A stretch of 64,000 bases of DNA from Harriotta raleighana (taxonomy: Eukaryota): NCBI GenBank assembly GCA_050575255.1, contig JBNZDD010013620.1, forward strand, positions 2,933,209 to 2,997,208. Direction: 5' to 3'. The translations under genes and the position numbers were made by a program. The number at the start of each line of letters is the position of its first letter. Position 1 is the stretch's first letter. A model generated the notes under the pieces. The model saw nothing but the letters and a program-made list of their open reading frames with translations. It did no database searches and had not been told where the DNA came from. This document shows, piece after piece, positions 23,996 through 37,618 of the stretch.

Positions 23996-25974
23996 GTATT
24001 CTTAATTTGTTTAAATTAACAACATACTTCCTCACACACTTCCCCGAATCACAACTCTTCATGTATTAATAACTTCTATGTGGAATACTATTAGCTATTC
24101 GACTGACCATAAAAATCATTATAATTATAATGTGTTCACCCACCAAATGCACAAACTTTACAGAATATCCCATGAAGTGCTTTGAGAAGTCTCACAACAT
24201 CATAAAGTGCTAAACCAAATGCAACAATCATTATTACAGTTGGACTCATCTTGTCAACATACAACAAAAACAGCAACAAAAATTACACTTGTATAGCACC
24301 TTTCATGTCAGGAGGAGGTCCCAAGTTACAGACAATTATATTGTTCTTCAAATTTGGTTCAGTACTACAGCATCCCATCTCAGAACCAAGTACAGATCCC
24401 CATATCACAAGATGGGTGAGTACCAATCAGATATGGGGAGCTGTAAATATTGACTTTTGTGCGGCTCAGGACTGATTCATTGCTTAATAACTTAATCAGA
24501 TTAATAACTGATTAATTAATTTCTGATTAATTCTAAGGTTACATTTACTCCACTTTGTGACCCATGGAAGTAAATGCTAGTTTGGGCTGAAATACAAAAT
24601 TGGTTGTTTCAAAATTGATAGACCTATTGTATTCTGTTATTTTGATTATCACTGGGTTCTGTAGTCTATTACTTAGTCTGTTTATTAGATTGGCCAGGTT
24701 TGTAGCTATAGGTTTGCATTCCTAAAAACATATGTATGGGCAGAGATCCCTGAAAAGGTGAAGATTTCTGTGCACGTTAGTCAAAAGGGTAGAATTTTCT
24801 TTACCCAATCTGTTTAATACTGCCCAAACATTGTTTTTAATTTTGTAAATTGGAGCATTTTTCTTTGTTTCCAGGTAGATATGAATTCAGGAGGAAATGT
24901 ATATCTTTGTGAATTGGGTCAATAAATCCCCAAATATTTGTTAGACAAACAATGGAACTCTATGCTGGAAACTGCAACTGTCGAGACTTGGTTTCTGGCA
25001 AGTAAACCTCAACACTTACATGTTCTTTACATGACACTTTTACAATGGCACTCTTGTCCACAAACTTGTTGCAACACCAAATGCAGTCTGAGTTGTGTAA
25101 ACAGTCATCAGTTTGGCATCTGAGAGGAAGCTGAGTGGGTGGAATCTCATCTCACTAATATGCTATTGCTCTAGATAATGAAGTTTGAAAAGCAGAGGGG
25201 TGCACAGATAACATGGGTTGTAAACGTCACTCTTGATGGAAGACAGCAGTAACTGGTACACACAAAGTGAGAAGAGAAAGGTAGGAGTAGAGATGGAATG
25301 CTTGATGAACTTAAAAAAGCAAGCAATCAATAGGTTTAAAAAAAGTGGGATTTAAACACAAGGTCACAGAATGTCTAAATTTACCGGTTTGATTTGAGGA
25401 AAAAATCGCTTTTCCACTCTTTACCAGAAGTTCTCATTCACTTATTGCTTTTTCCCTTCCCTGGGTGAGAGGCTGATAATCAGCTAATATGTTGTTCACC
25501 TTTTCCAATCTCCTAATTTGGAGGTTCCACAGGTCAGACTTTATTTTTAACTTGCAAATAAAACATTTTGATGAATAAGACCATAATTAATAAACATATG
25601 TTCAGTATATCAAATTAAGAAGTAATTTGAAGGCATTGTTGAAATATTTTTTCAAATCAGATAGATACACAAGTCAAATTCAGCCACAGATACACAAGTC
25701 AAATGTGAATGAGTATTTTTTTCAGAAAATTCTAGTAGCAAAAATACAGTTGCCTTACAGGAAACTTATTTCTTCAAGGATTGGTTTATCAGAGCACCTT
25801 TTTTAAGAATGCAGGCAGTGGACAAACATACAGAGACTTATCTTGGCAGAATGCCACGGGAGTCTGTTCAGACTGTTCAAACCCCTTTGTCTGGCTACTG
25901 TCTGAATTTATCCAAGATAAGTCTCTGTATTTTTGTTATTGCTATTTAAATATCTTGCCTCTAACATTGGTTTC

Positions 25975-26232
25975 AGCAAGCCATGTTCCCCTTCTGTCCC
26001 ACTATGAGTGTCGAGTCTTTAGCCTTTCCTTCCCCAACCTATGGAATTCCATCCCACATTCCTTTTGCCTCGCCTCCACCCTTGGCTCCTTCAAGGTGTC
26101 CTCTCCGACTGAGCCTTTGGCCAACCTCCCTGATCCCGCACCCTAGATTGGGTCCAAATCACCAAATCCCTAGCAACTAGAGGCATCCTCCTGATGTGAA
26201 AGGCGCTATACGAATGTAATTTTGTATTGTAT
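25975..26232 (+). mobile_element. L2 3' fragment
   Basis: PNLWNSIPHSFCLASTLGSFK plus 'cctcctgatgtgaaaggcgctatacgaatgtaattttg'. Confidence 0.85.
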
Positions 26233-28222
26233 TAGAGAATTTTTGGAGCATATTCTCATATTACAATTTTTTATTGCTCCTCTTTCAAACACTTCTTCAA
26301 AAATCTATCCTTCAGTGTGCCTTTGATCAGAATCCTTTAACGTCTCCTCCTTGTTTGGGAGACCCAATCAACTTTATATAGCCCTTTGAGATGTTCATCC
26401 TACATGAAAGGTAATATATGTGCAAGCTGTTGAGAAAATGTGTTTCAAAAGGTTATCAAGAATGTCTCGTCAAAAACACGGGCAATATCCAGACATTTGA
26501 ATAGAAAGGTTTTCTCCTTTTCAAAATAAATGTAACTTAAAAGATCATTGATGTGAAACGTATGGATTGTAAATCGCTGTCATGTTGAGTCTAGTTACTT
26601 GACGAGTCGTGCAGTTTTTCCACAAACTCTGCATGGTTTTGTTAATCATATGCTTAAATACATGTTCTCAACTTTAGTCCAGCACTGACACCATTAATTA
26701 CAGTGACAGGGTTAACCCTTGCCCAGTGTTTTCCAAAGAAAACCCTTCCACTCTCCTGACTAATTCCTTCCCCCACCCTCCACCAAGGACTTTGATGTAA
26801 ATGAGAGCTGTTATTGTATTGTGTTTCTCTAGTTAACTAGCTTCAGAATGTTCAAACCCCCTTGTCTGCCTACTGTGTTTTCCTCATACAATGACTGCTG
26901 CCATCTGTGTGTACTGGAGTTCTGTTTTTAAAAAGAGAAATTAATTCCTAGCGAGAGGCTATTCAGAGCATATTGAGATTTGTGCATAAAAGAGAAGCAA
27001 TTCTATGTAGGAGGGATTTTTATCTGATTTTTTTTTTCCAACTTCCGTCTCTCTTCCCTGGAAAAATAATAGGGTGGGATATTGATGGCCTTTATTGAGA
27101 TTATCTCCTTCCCATAAGAAAATAGGAAACGATCTTCTCTGATGACTTAATTGATTTGTTCCAATAAACAAATGCTTTCCTGACAATTTATTCACAGGCT
27201 TTGTAGGATATCAGTTCTTCCACATTCCATCTTCTACAGCAATCTTGATCAACCTCTATGGTCGGCCAGCAAAAAAAATTATTGATTGAATATTTATTGA
27301 TTCATGCTGTAAATAATAAAACTGATTTACAATTTATTGATTTACTTGCAATATTGATCGAACACAGATTTTTTAAAAACAATTTTTCCAGATTCTTTTG
27401 GAAAGGTTTTGCCAGAGTTATGATTACAATGGTGACTGACAGCAAATAGACTCCAAACTTGCCCTTTGATGCTTCAGTCGCTTTTGAGTGGAAATTGAAA
27501 GATCTCACTAATCACAGTGATTTCATTAATCTGTCTGTGTATATGAGTTAGACAACTGAAAAGTATTTTGTTTGGCAAGGGAATCAAATAGTAAGTGTAA
27601 ATTGATATTGATTTTAAATGTAGCGTCGAATTAATAAGGAACAAAAAATTGTTTTGGAGAAGTAAATGGAACTGTTTCCTGCAATTAATCAATTACTAGT
27701 TGATGCCTCATTGCTTCTAGGAATATAAATGTGGATATTGGTCGCATTTACCTCCAACTACTATCGTATTTTTCCTCGAGTGTACTTTGCATCAGATGCC
27801 TGAACTGTCTCATACAAGACTATTGTCTTAAACTTTAAGATCCTGAAGACTTTTGGAAAAATCTTGAACACAGTTCTTTTAAAAAAAACCTTGCTTTTGA
27901 TACAGTGTCTTATCACATCTTCAAGATCCTTTGCCCACAAATATACAGTCAATTCACTTTACAGCATACTCAGTGAAATGCTTTGATTCCATTAGATTTT
28001 TAACAGCTTTGTCATTGCCTCCCCCTTCAAAGATTTATATACAGTAAAAGTGAGTTTGCTCCTCCACTCCTTTTAATATTTTATATCAATGTACTTGTTC
28101 TCCTCATTCTTCCTGCCAAATGTATAACCTCATGTTTTCCTGCATTAAATTTAATTTTACATTTCTCTGTTCAATCAACTAATTGGTTAATGTCGCCCTG
28201 AAGTTACTTAGAATATACTCAT

Positions 28223-28502
28223 GTGGAATCCTGCAGCTCAGTGTTTAGAGCGAGGGACCTGGATCAATTCCAGGCAGGGCGAAACCTTGGCCAAATGCCT
28301 GATAATAATCCCTCTGAAAAAAAACAATAATAAATTGGTCAATTCAATACACGACAGTTTGTGGGACACTGCTGTGTGCAATTGGCTACTGCATTTCGCC
28401 CACAAAAATACAGTCAATTCACGTTACATTATGTTCTGTGAACTGCTTTGAGACATCTAGAAGCTGTGAAAAGTGCTATGTCAAATGGAAGAATTAATAT
28501 TG
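28223..28502 (+). mobile_element. tRNA-derived SINE
   Basis: Collinear with 33279-33592, with small deletions. Confidence 0.85.
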
Positions 28503-29424
28503 CTACAATCTTCTTCATTGTTAGCTGGTAAATTAAGACTCAATTTATGAATTCATCGTGAGGAATTTGGAGCTTTAGGTCTTCCATAGCATGAGATGGG
28601 TGCAGTTTTGTTTCCCCGCCCCCACCAGCCTACCCACCTTCTGCAGAGAGTGGATTTGCCTCATTTTGAAATGCTGAAGGATGTGGCCATTAATCTTAAC
28701 TTTTGAACTCTTGATTCACTACAGTATGTAGTGAGAACCTTGGATGTTGTACACTCAGTCTTTATGTAGATTTGTTCAACCTTTCCATAGAGAAGGTGCA
28801 TTTCAGAATTGTGATCAATATATTGCTTGTATTAATAAGTTGTTATTATTATGTAGAGCACTCTTGTTAAGTACACATCCTGTAGTCAAATGGATCGATG
28901 TGCAATGAAGGGGGCATGTGTGTTCCACATGATAAAGTTAGACAGATTTTGCTGGAGTAAGCATTGTTGAAAGCTACAAATACTGAAGAGCTGCCTGGGC
29001 ATATGGTACTCATTTCTGCTTGATCAAATGTGGAAATCATTACTCCGACATCTGAAACTGAGGTAGCAATAAAAAAATTACAAACTGGGCAGCAGCTACA
29101 AATTATTCCTCGTTTTCCAGTGGGTGGTCAGTTTGAATTATTACAAAGCATAGTGGATTCCAGTTATATGCATGTTATAAAGTGTTCAGAAGTTTGTGCT
29201 ATTAACTTTAATTTGGAATTTGCACACTTAGAATAGAAAGGATTACAGGTGATAGTACAGTATAAGTGGATAATGGTACACTTCAAAAGCATATCTGAGG
29301 CATAACCATTTCCATATACAGTATTCAGAATACACCTACACAGTCCACAACACCTGATAAAACGCAATGCTAACCATTGTCTTTCACGTAAATGGGAATT
29401 GCTTGTTTAACTTTTCATTTTCAG

Positions 29425-29509
29425 GATGGCGTGGCAGTTGCTAGGATGAGTGTTGGAAATGAATTATCACTAGTGAGGGACTGAAAAGGAAAAGCTAGCG
29501 AGGATCAAG
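29425..29509 (+). other. Candidate non-coding (5' UTR-type) exon
   Basis: Acceptor 'tttaacttttcattttcag', donors AAG|gtacag or CAG|gtatat (29515); stops in all 3 frames; no repeat recognised. Confidence 0.35.
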
Positions 29510-32394
29510 GTACAGGTATATGTTTTTTTGGTGGATGTAATTTTTTAAATTAAAAGTTTGATTTTGTTACAAACAAAGAAGAATGAAAGGTATGGAAACC
29601 AAGTGCAATCTGGGTTGTGTCCTGCAAGGTACACTTTCTCACATCCCCTGAGAATGCCCTCAACTCTAAGCATTTTGAAGTTTAGCTCACGCTATTGGAG
29701 TATTCACGAAAGTGAGATTACCTCTCGTCCTGTCGATTTGGGCTTTTCCATGGTAACCTTGGCACTCGGATGTACTGAAGACAGACTTTCTGATACAAGA
29801 GTGGGTGCCAAATATACAGATCAGTTGAAGTAAAGGAGTGAAACACAAAGTTATAGATGTTGCACTCCTTGTGGCTAGAATATACATTTAATTACTCTGA
29901 CATTCACTCACACCCGTTCAACTACAATATGGCGATAGCAACAGTGGGATAGTTGCCAGTCAAAGAAAGTAGATACTCCCCCAGCACTGCATTGGAATCT
30001 CAATCTGGACAGTGGGTTTAAAGTTTTCACAAATGTTTTTAACATTTAAAAATTCTAAATTCTTGAAAATAAATGCATTCTGATATGCTGGAGACAGACC
30101 CTCAGACACCATTCTGAGTGCTGAATAAGCAGAACAGTCATGAACCTGCTTCTCCAACATATCTTGGTCCAGTGTATTGCTTTTGTAAATTTAAAACACA
30201 AATTTGACATTCTTTGACCATTTATCTCCTCTGCTCAATGTAAAGATCTCCTGTTAAGTACTCTAAGACGCTACCTGTTTGAAAGGTGCTATATAAATTG
30301 CAAGCTATAGTAATAAACCCCCAAGTGTATAAATAACTGGGCAATACAACATTAGGGGATCTGCAGAAACAGCTGAAAATATCAATAATAGCAATGAGTA
30401 GTAGTGGTATAGAATGAATTGGTTGCTGTGGTGGTTTGGATAATTGTGAAGACAGTAATGTTAGTCTGTAACACTTTGTCCTGGCATACTTTCCCATTGC
30501 TTGTCCAGAAAGGACCACCCTTCCTGTTAGGGATTGGATTTGCAGGATTAACAGGGACGATTCCCTGTCCTAGTGGTCTGCTCTATTCAGTTATCATCTG
30601 CTTTCAGCCCATCGTCTCAGTTTATGCTTTTATAGAATATGCATTTCCCTGGAAGTGGGCAATAAGCAGAATTGCACAGAAGATGGCCTTTTCTTCGTGG
30701 AAGTATTTAAAGAGGGGATTGGAAGATAATTACATGGAAGACGGTGGAATGTGGACTTTACGGGGATAGACCATTGTTGTAACCAAGTCCACAAAAACTG
30801 TTGAAAGAGAATCCGATCAATGCGAGGAAAATTAAAATATGAAACGGATTAATGTCTCAATATCTTTGATTTGTAAGCAAACTTTATGAAATTCCTCAAT
30901 TGTTCAAAAAAGGGACATCCAATGCAGGGCTGTAAGTTCACTGCATTGTTGGCTGTTCGTGTGACATCAGTGTGTGCAAACTGTCTGGTTTCCCAACGAA
31001 ATACTGGTTCCACACCTTACAATATGTCTTGGGAAATGCTTTGAGAAGTGCTTCTGTTGAGGAGGATTTTCGTGGGGAAAGAATGTGCATTTCTATTCCA
31101 GACAGATGGAACTTTCCTTGCACATATGGAACTCTTAGTGGTTTGGTTTGGCTATGTTTAAACATGGTGGTTGGCTTCTACATATGTCAGATACCTTGTC
31201 CACCAAAAAAGAAAAAAAGACAATTCCAGTGGGAGGCAGCTGAATCATAGAGGTGCTTGGAGCAGGAGGAGAGAGGAACTAGGAGCACGAATGAAACAAA
31301 ACTGAGTTGAGGAAGAATTGGAATGACAATAACTAATTTGCGCAGACGTGTGAAGCAGAGGTGGATGTTGAATCAGAGCGATGTTTGTTGCTGAATGAGG
31401 GGAAGTGAGCAGATTGAGAGCTGAGTTGAACTAGTGATCAGAGCAGAGAAACTTCTGATGGTAAATCGAAATTTCTTTTTTGTCTAACCTGAGACTATTG
31501 CACATGCGGAAGCTGAATGTTTTCCAAATAGCTGTCATCACTCTTCTGCGTTGTTTACAGTCTCAAACCATTCACATCCTGGCATGAAGTTATTTTGAGG
31601 CTGTGTGTTTTGGAAGCTCCGTCTGGTCCATTTCTTGCAGTCTAGCTCGTCAGTCAGCGCTTTGGGACTTGTATCTTCCTGTTTAAATTTTTTATCATCA
31701 CTCGGATATCATCCTACATCCTACATCCCACATGGGAACCAAGCTGAGACGACCCAAATTTCTTCTTTGGCTCTGCACCAACTGTGTGTGTGTTTCTTAC
31801 ATATGTTTTTCCATTTCATGCTTTCTGAGAATGAAACATATATACAGTATCTGAACTTATGAGCTCTGTGTTGATATTCTTCAGGGCTGACTGGAATCTG
31901 GAAAATTAAAAAAAGAATACTTTAGGTGTAAATTAAAATATTGTACTACTGTAATTGCAAGGATGCACAGTCGCTGGAGGAGCCTGTTGAGAATATTTTT
32001 CTGTATCTTAATTGAAATCAAATAAATTCAGTATGTTGCTTGAAACATAACTGTATACTGTAGACTGTTCGTACTACCTTTTACTCTGTACAGTTTCCTT
32101 GATTCAAGACTGGCCCTTGCCTTCAGAAGGGATTTTATCGTGTGGATAACGGCCTAAAATTCCTTACAGTGTTCTACCCTGGGCGTTGTGAAACATTCCG
32201 TGCTCCTGAGTCCAAAAATCTCTGCAAATCTCCAGTCCAGAAATTGTAAAAATTACAGAATTTGTGGTCAGTCTTGGCTCGTATCCCACTACCATTCTTT
32301 GCAGCTGTTTTCATGGTCTGAAAAATACAAAGATGCTTTTACGTAGTTGTTAAGTTAGCTTAAGGGAGGCCTTGATAGTTTTAGCATCACCATC

Positions 32395-33210
32395 CAAGGG
32401 TGCACACTCCACCTCACTGAGCCAGCCTGGAACCTTGGAGTCTTGTTTGACCCACATCTGCCCTTTCTTCCCCACATCCGTGCCATGACCTGCTCTTGCT
32501 CTGCCTTCCTCTGCCTCTGCAACATTGTCATGTTCAGCCACTGTCTCACGTGTCATACATGCATTCATAACATCCGAGCTCGACTATGTAAACACCCTAT
32601 TTGTTAGCCTCACCAACTCCTCCCTCCAAAGGCTGAGGTCATCCAAAAACCGTGCGACCCGTGTCCTCTCCTGCGACCCTGAGATCCCATCCTCGTCCGA
32701 CTCCACTAGCTTCCCATCACCCAGAGGATACAGTTCAAGATCTTAGTCCTCACCTTCAAAGCCCTCTGCCTAACCACCTACCAGCCTGCCCACTCCCTCA
32801 GCTCAGCGGTCTCTGGCCTGCTTCATATCTCCCGGCTCAGCTGCCTCACCATTAGATGGCAGACCTTCAGCCACTTTGCTCCCATGCCCTTGAACTCCAG
32901 CCCACAGTCCCTCCACCTCGACCCTTCTCTTTCCAAAGAGAAGCCTCATTCCAAGGAGAAGCCTCGAGCCTCATTCCAAACCCCGTTTCAAGATCCTCCT
33001 CTCTTCAGCTGTTCTTTTTGTCACCTCCTTTCTCACACCCCCCCTTGCTGTCCACCCTCGCCGATCCTCAGCTTGCAAAAACAGAAATCGCTGGGAACAC
33101 TCAGCAGGTCAGGGAGCATCTCTGGAGAAAGGAAAGTGAGTGATTGTTTTGGGTCCACCTTGCCAGGTTCTCTTGACGCGAAAGGCACTCCACAAACTTA
33201 ATTTTGTTGC
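32395..33210 (+). mobile_element. L2 ORF2 3' fragment and tail
   Basis: IHAFITSELDYVNTLFVSLTNSSLQRL and 'cccagaggatacagttcaagatc'; tail 'gacgcgaaaggcact...aattttgttg'. Confidence 0.88.
33076..33141 (+). mobile_element. Fragment of the palindromic Penelope-like element inside the L2 3' UTR
   Basis: 'caaaaacagaaatcgctgggaacactcagcaggtcagggagcatctctggagaaagg' matches 6778-6842. Confidence 0.8.
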
Positions 33211-33278
33211 GTTGTGTTTTTTTTGTAGCCTCTTTGCTGGACAAGTTACAAATTGGCACATTTTCCTTTTTTTTTTGT

Positions 33279-33592
33279 GGAGTCCTGAGGCTCAGTGGTT
33301 AGAGCACTCGCCTTATAAGGATGAGACCTATGTTCGAATCCAGGCAGGCTAGAGCGAAACCTTGGGCAAGTTTCCTTCTCCACTCACCTAATAATAATCT
33401 CTCCAAAAAAACACAATAATAAAAATTGGTCATTTCAATCCACGACTGTTTGTGGGACACTGCCGTGTGCAATTGGCTGCCACGTTTCGCCCACAAATAT
33501 AGTCAATTCACTTTTACAGTATATTCTGTGAAGCGCTTTGAAATGTCTAGAAGACGTGAAAAGCACTATATCAAATGCAAGGATTATTATTG
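33279..33592 (+). mobile_element. Full-length tRNA-derived SINE (best copy in the window)
   Basis: Pol III A box 'ggctcagtggtt' (33289-300), B box 'gttcgaatcc' (33332-41), Deu-like core end, stem-loop tail and (TTA)n. Confidence 0.92.
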
Positions 33593-33959
33593 TTGTATTT
33601 GAAGAATATTTAATAATTTGAACAGTAGATTTATCAATCTTTAGTACAGTAGAAATTAGTGGCTAATAAAATAGTTATTTTTCCCTTATTTCTCTCTCTG
33701 CAGGAAAACTAACACACTACAACCTTCAGCTGAGAGCACAGGATAGACTAGCTTTTCTGTTATTGTTCTTTGTGGTAGGCAGTAGCAGAAACAAACGAAA
33801 CGCAATGTAATTTTTTTTTCTTGTCCAAAATGGAAAAATCCTTCCTTTGAGGCATGTCATTTTGTGGTGCCGAACAGGACTGATGAACCCAAAGGATGGA
33901 AATTGAGGTTGAGAAATAGGAACTGAAGCTTAAAATGTGTTACCTACACCTTGAGCAAT

Positions 33960-34700
33960 CAACAGCAACACTTGTTACACTTGTAATATTACACTTGTAA
34001 TATTGCTTTCAAGTCAGGAGGATGTCCCAAGGCGCTGGCCAGTCATTGTTACAGACCCGAGCTGGGTTCAGGGACAGAAAAGGTGGAGGGAAAGTGGGGG
34101 GATTTGGGGTGACCAATGGGACCGTCGAAGAGTAGGGTCTTGAGGCGGTACTTGAAGGAGACCAGATAGGGGGCGAGGCGGGATGGAGTTCCAGAGGATG
34201 CGGGCAGAGTGGCTGAAGGCTCGCTCACCAATGGTGGGGCTGGTGGGTTGGGGGATGTGGAGCAGGCCGGAGCTTTGCTAGGGGGTCCCAGATGTAGGGT
34301 GGGGCGAGACCATGGAGGGCTTTGAATGTGAGAACCAGGATCTTGAAATGGATCCTCTGGGTAATGGGGAGCCAATGGAGTTGGGTGAGGATGGGGGAGA
34401 TGGGGTAACAAAGTTTGGAGCGGTAGAGGACACGGGCCGCAGAGTTCTGGATTACCTGCAATTTATGGAGGGAGGAATTGGGAAGACCGACAAACAGGCA
34501 TAGTCGAGCCGGGATGTGATGAAGGTATGAATCAGGGTTTCATTGGCTTTGGGGTTGAGGTAATGGTGGAGTCGGACAATGATGTGGTGGTGAGGGGAGG
34601 TAGAGTGGGTCATTGCTTGGATGAGGGAGAGGAAAGACAGTTGAGGATCGAACAAGACACCTAGCTTCCTGACTGGCTTGGTGAGGTTGAGTGGGTATTT
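33960..34700 (-). mobile_element. L2 ORF2 3' fragment and tail
   Basis: VRKLGVLFDPQLSF...IHTFITSRLDY...LQVIQNSAARVL...HWLPITQRIHFKILVLTFKALHGLAP, frameshifted. Confidence 0.93.
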
Positions 34701-34796
34701 TGTCATCTCCTGAACAGATGTCAAATAGTCACTATATCTATTTCACTAGTATATAATGTTTTTGCATTTTGGGGTTGTCAGCTGAATATCCAAATT

Positions 34797-34972
34797 AAAC
34801 AGAGTTCCATGCACCCTACCTATACATGGAGATTCCTGTGTATTGAAATCGAATGCGCACTCTCTCCCTGGAGGGAAGCATCTTGCTTACTTAATTCTGG
34901 AGAGTATTAGGTGCACATCGGCAAGAGACAAGACTTGGAAACCCCAGAGGATTCAGGTACTTCTGGAGTTTA
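34797..34972 (+). repeat. Unclassified ~180-bp dispersed repeat, copy 2
   Basis: 'ttccatgcaccctacctatacatggagattcc...gcatcttgcttacttaattctggagagtattagg...ttggaaaccccagag'. Confidence 0.8.
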
Positions 34973-36854
34973 ACCAGCTCAAATTGATAAGCTTTTCTGC
35001 TGTTTGTCCAGCTTGGCTTTTGAGACAAACAAAAGATGAAGAATCCCTATCCCCAGTAACTGGACTGCCTTCCAAGTCCTATTGATAAGCACTAAGCTGT
35101 CAGTTATAAAAGCCCATATTTGATGAGAAAGCCTACGTAACATTCCACATAGGAACAAAGGATTTTACAGAACCGACAAAGACCATAGTCGATAAAAGTG
35201 TGTTTTTAGCTGTATAAAAGTTAAAATTCCTGTAGTGTTTCATTCCTGTGAGTGCTGTGTGCAGTTCATAAAAGTATTCCACTGGCAAGGCATCACATGT
35301 TGGACATCACCACACAGTCAATTATTGAATTCATCTAAGTTAACAGGATGAGACATCTTCTGCAACTTAGGCGTTTTCTTTCAGGGAAGAAATACGAGCT
35401 TGAGGATGTGTTGCTCTGGGTTGCTGATGTGGATTGCAGAGAGGCATTTCCAGAGATTTGGGAAAGGAATGGCAGCCGGGGGAATAGTGCACCGAATAAA
35501 AGAAGTGGGGAAGTGCAGAAACGTTACAAGAAGTAAAAAAAACTAAGATAAAATCTCCATAAAACTATAAATAAATTGATCATTGTCAGGATAAACTTCA
35601 AATACAATTTCATTGGCACCAAATACTCAGGATTGTAATAAAAGCCTTTGGGTAAACCCTAAAAACTACAGAAGAAATATTTTTTTAATTGTTGATCCAC
35701 ATAGGCTAGAGAAAATGTTCTGAAGCATTGTTCAGAGCACTCGGATGTAGGCATCAGTGAAAACTGAAGCAAACATTATGCAGCAACTATCTTGGGAGGA
35801 AATGCTTGTGTTGGAGTAAATAGTTACATCATTTTTCAATAAACTGCTTATAGTACTGTATAAGGGTGGGGAGTGAGGCAGCTTCAATTTCTCATAGGAA
35901 TCATAAATATTGGATTTCACTATTTCCTTTCTGTCAGAGTCAACTTAACATTTCAAGTAATTTACTTAACTATTACTACCTCTTTTACTTGACTTTTAGA
36001 GGGAAAACATACTTGATATCGTGGGTTATATGGCAAAGGAAAAAGATCGGTGAACGAACAAATGGAGCATTAATACATTACCATGGTTTGATTTTATGTA
36101 GGCTTCATGATTTTAACACTGGTTGATGTGCCCGTCCTTGCTTTCTACAACTCATTGTTTGATTATAGATGATAGTCAATGAGACGGGCAATACATTGGG
36201 TGGGGAGGACATAAAGGGTTAGAAGAATTGTACTGTTCTAAATTAATTATTGTGAATCTTCAACTGTGTCAATTATTAATGCTATTGCAGCCCCTGACTA
36301 TTGCTACAATACCATTCTCTGCAAATCTCTTGATAAGAGTGTCCTTCATCTCCCCAAAGACCGTTGGTAATTTCACTGTACACATTTTCACTGTACACAT
36401 TTCACTGTACGCGTAAATTGGAAATCACCATTTGAATCTTATAGAATGAAATTCAGTTCATTCAATATTGGAGCATTGATTAATTCGGTTTATTGAAAAG
36501 GATTGGGAAATCCCAAACCATTTGCACGTCTATTCGAGAATATAGATTTGGATAATTGAATACCAGATATACGAATACTGTATTTTGGTTCATTGCATCT
36601 CCAGTGACCATTTGAATAAAACCAATGAATCTAGACAAATGTGTAGACCCAATTCACTATCTTCCAAAGTACATATCTATATTCGAGAGTAAAATCTACA
36701 ATTAGGATAGCTTTTTTTCATATAATGATAAGTACTGTATCTAGAAATTTCTGGAACATTATGTTTGTGTGAATTCTGTTGTTTGCTGGCGTTGATATTG
36801 CTATTTGGAAGTGCTCTTTATTGATGAATATCACTTAAACCAACTAAATAGTAT

Positions 36855-36995
36855 GTACAACAACAATAATAAAATTAAACTTGTATAGCCCCTTTCATGT
36901 CAGGAGGACGTCCCAAAATGCTGAACAGTCAGGTTGGCACCCGAGCAGGCTGGGTGGGTGGGGGTTGGGGGTAGGGGGAAGGAGAGGGGGCGAGA
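36855..36995 (-). mobile_element. L2 tail with G-rich tract
   Basis: 'ttgtatagcccctttcatgtcaggaggacgtccc' then G-runs at 36952-36990. Confidence 0.8.
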
Positions 36996-37357
36996 CAAAG
37001 GCTATAAATAGCATATAAATTAGGAAATGTGCATTATATGGCATCTGAATGCGAGTTTTATGAATGCGGGTCCAGTTATATGAATGTGAAACATCGAATG
37101 ATTTTGACTGTCAAATTGAGGTGGGGTTTAACCAAATTTCACTGCGTTGTAGAAACTGAGCTAAATGGCAGGTTGCTTTACCAGATCACCAATTTGGATA
37201 TATTAAGATAGATGTAAAAGTATTTTTCTTCTCCAGTTTGACAGGTATGAGAAGCTTTGAAAATGATATAAACCATGGCTCTCTATGGGTCTGCTTTGTT
37301 CTTGGATTTTGATGTTGGAAATTCTGTTGTACAATGTACAGTGATGAGGCTACATAA

Positions 37358-37618
37358 GAAAACCTTTAGTTAAGCAGGAGCTGCTAGTTAATCATTTTAT
37401 CATCTTGCTGAATACTATAGTTTCTTTATGAAGTGGAGACACAGCAATTTTTTTTCTCTCCATTTCCTTTTGAGGCCCCACTGGATATGNAAGTAAACCT
37501 TTAGTTAAGCAGGAGCTGCTAGTTAATCATTTTATCATCTTGCTGAATACTATAGTTTCTTTATGAAGTGGAGACACAGCAATTTTTTTTCTCTCCATTT
37601 CCTTTTGAGGCCCCACTG
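37358..37618. repeat. Direct duplication around a single N (probable artifact)
   Basis: About 125 nt repeated on either side of the N at 37490. Confidence 0.85.

Noticed and set aside
33279-33350. tRNA-like sequence with A and B boxes
   Set aside because: It is a SINE head, contiguous with the SINE body, with no proper acceptor stem
33704-33774. Strong acceptor with one open frame (KLTHYNLQLRAQDRLAFLLLFFV)
   Set aside because: Weak donor (GTG|gtaggc) and no recognised protein; unsupported
36370-36410. Three short direct repeats (tttcactgtacac); similar doublets near 25660, 52895 and 60990
   Set aside because: Simple slippage duplications with no spacers; not CRISPR-like
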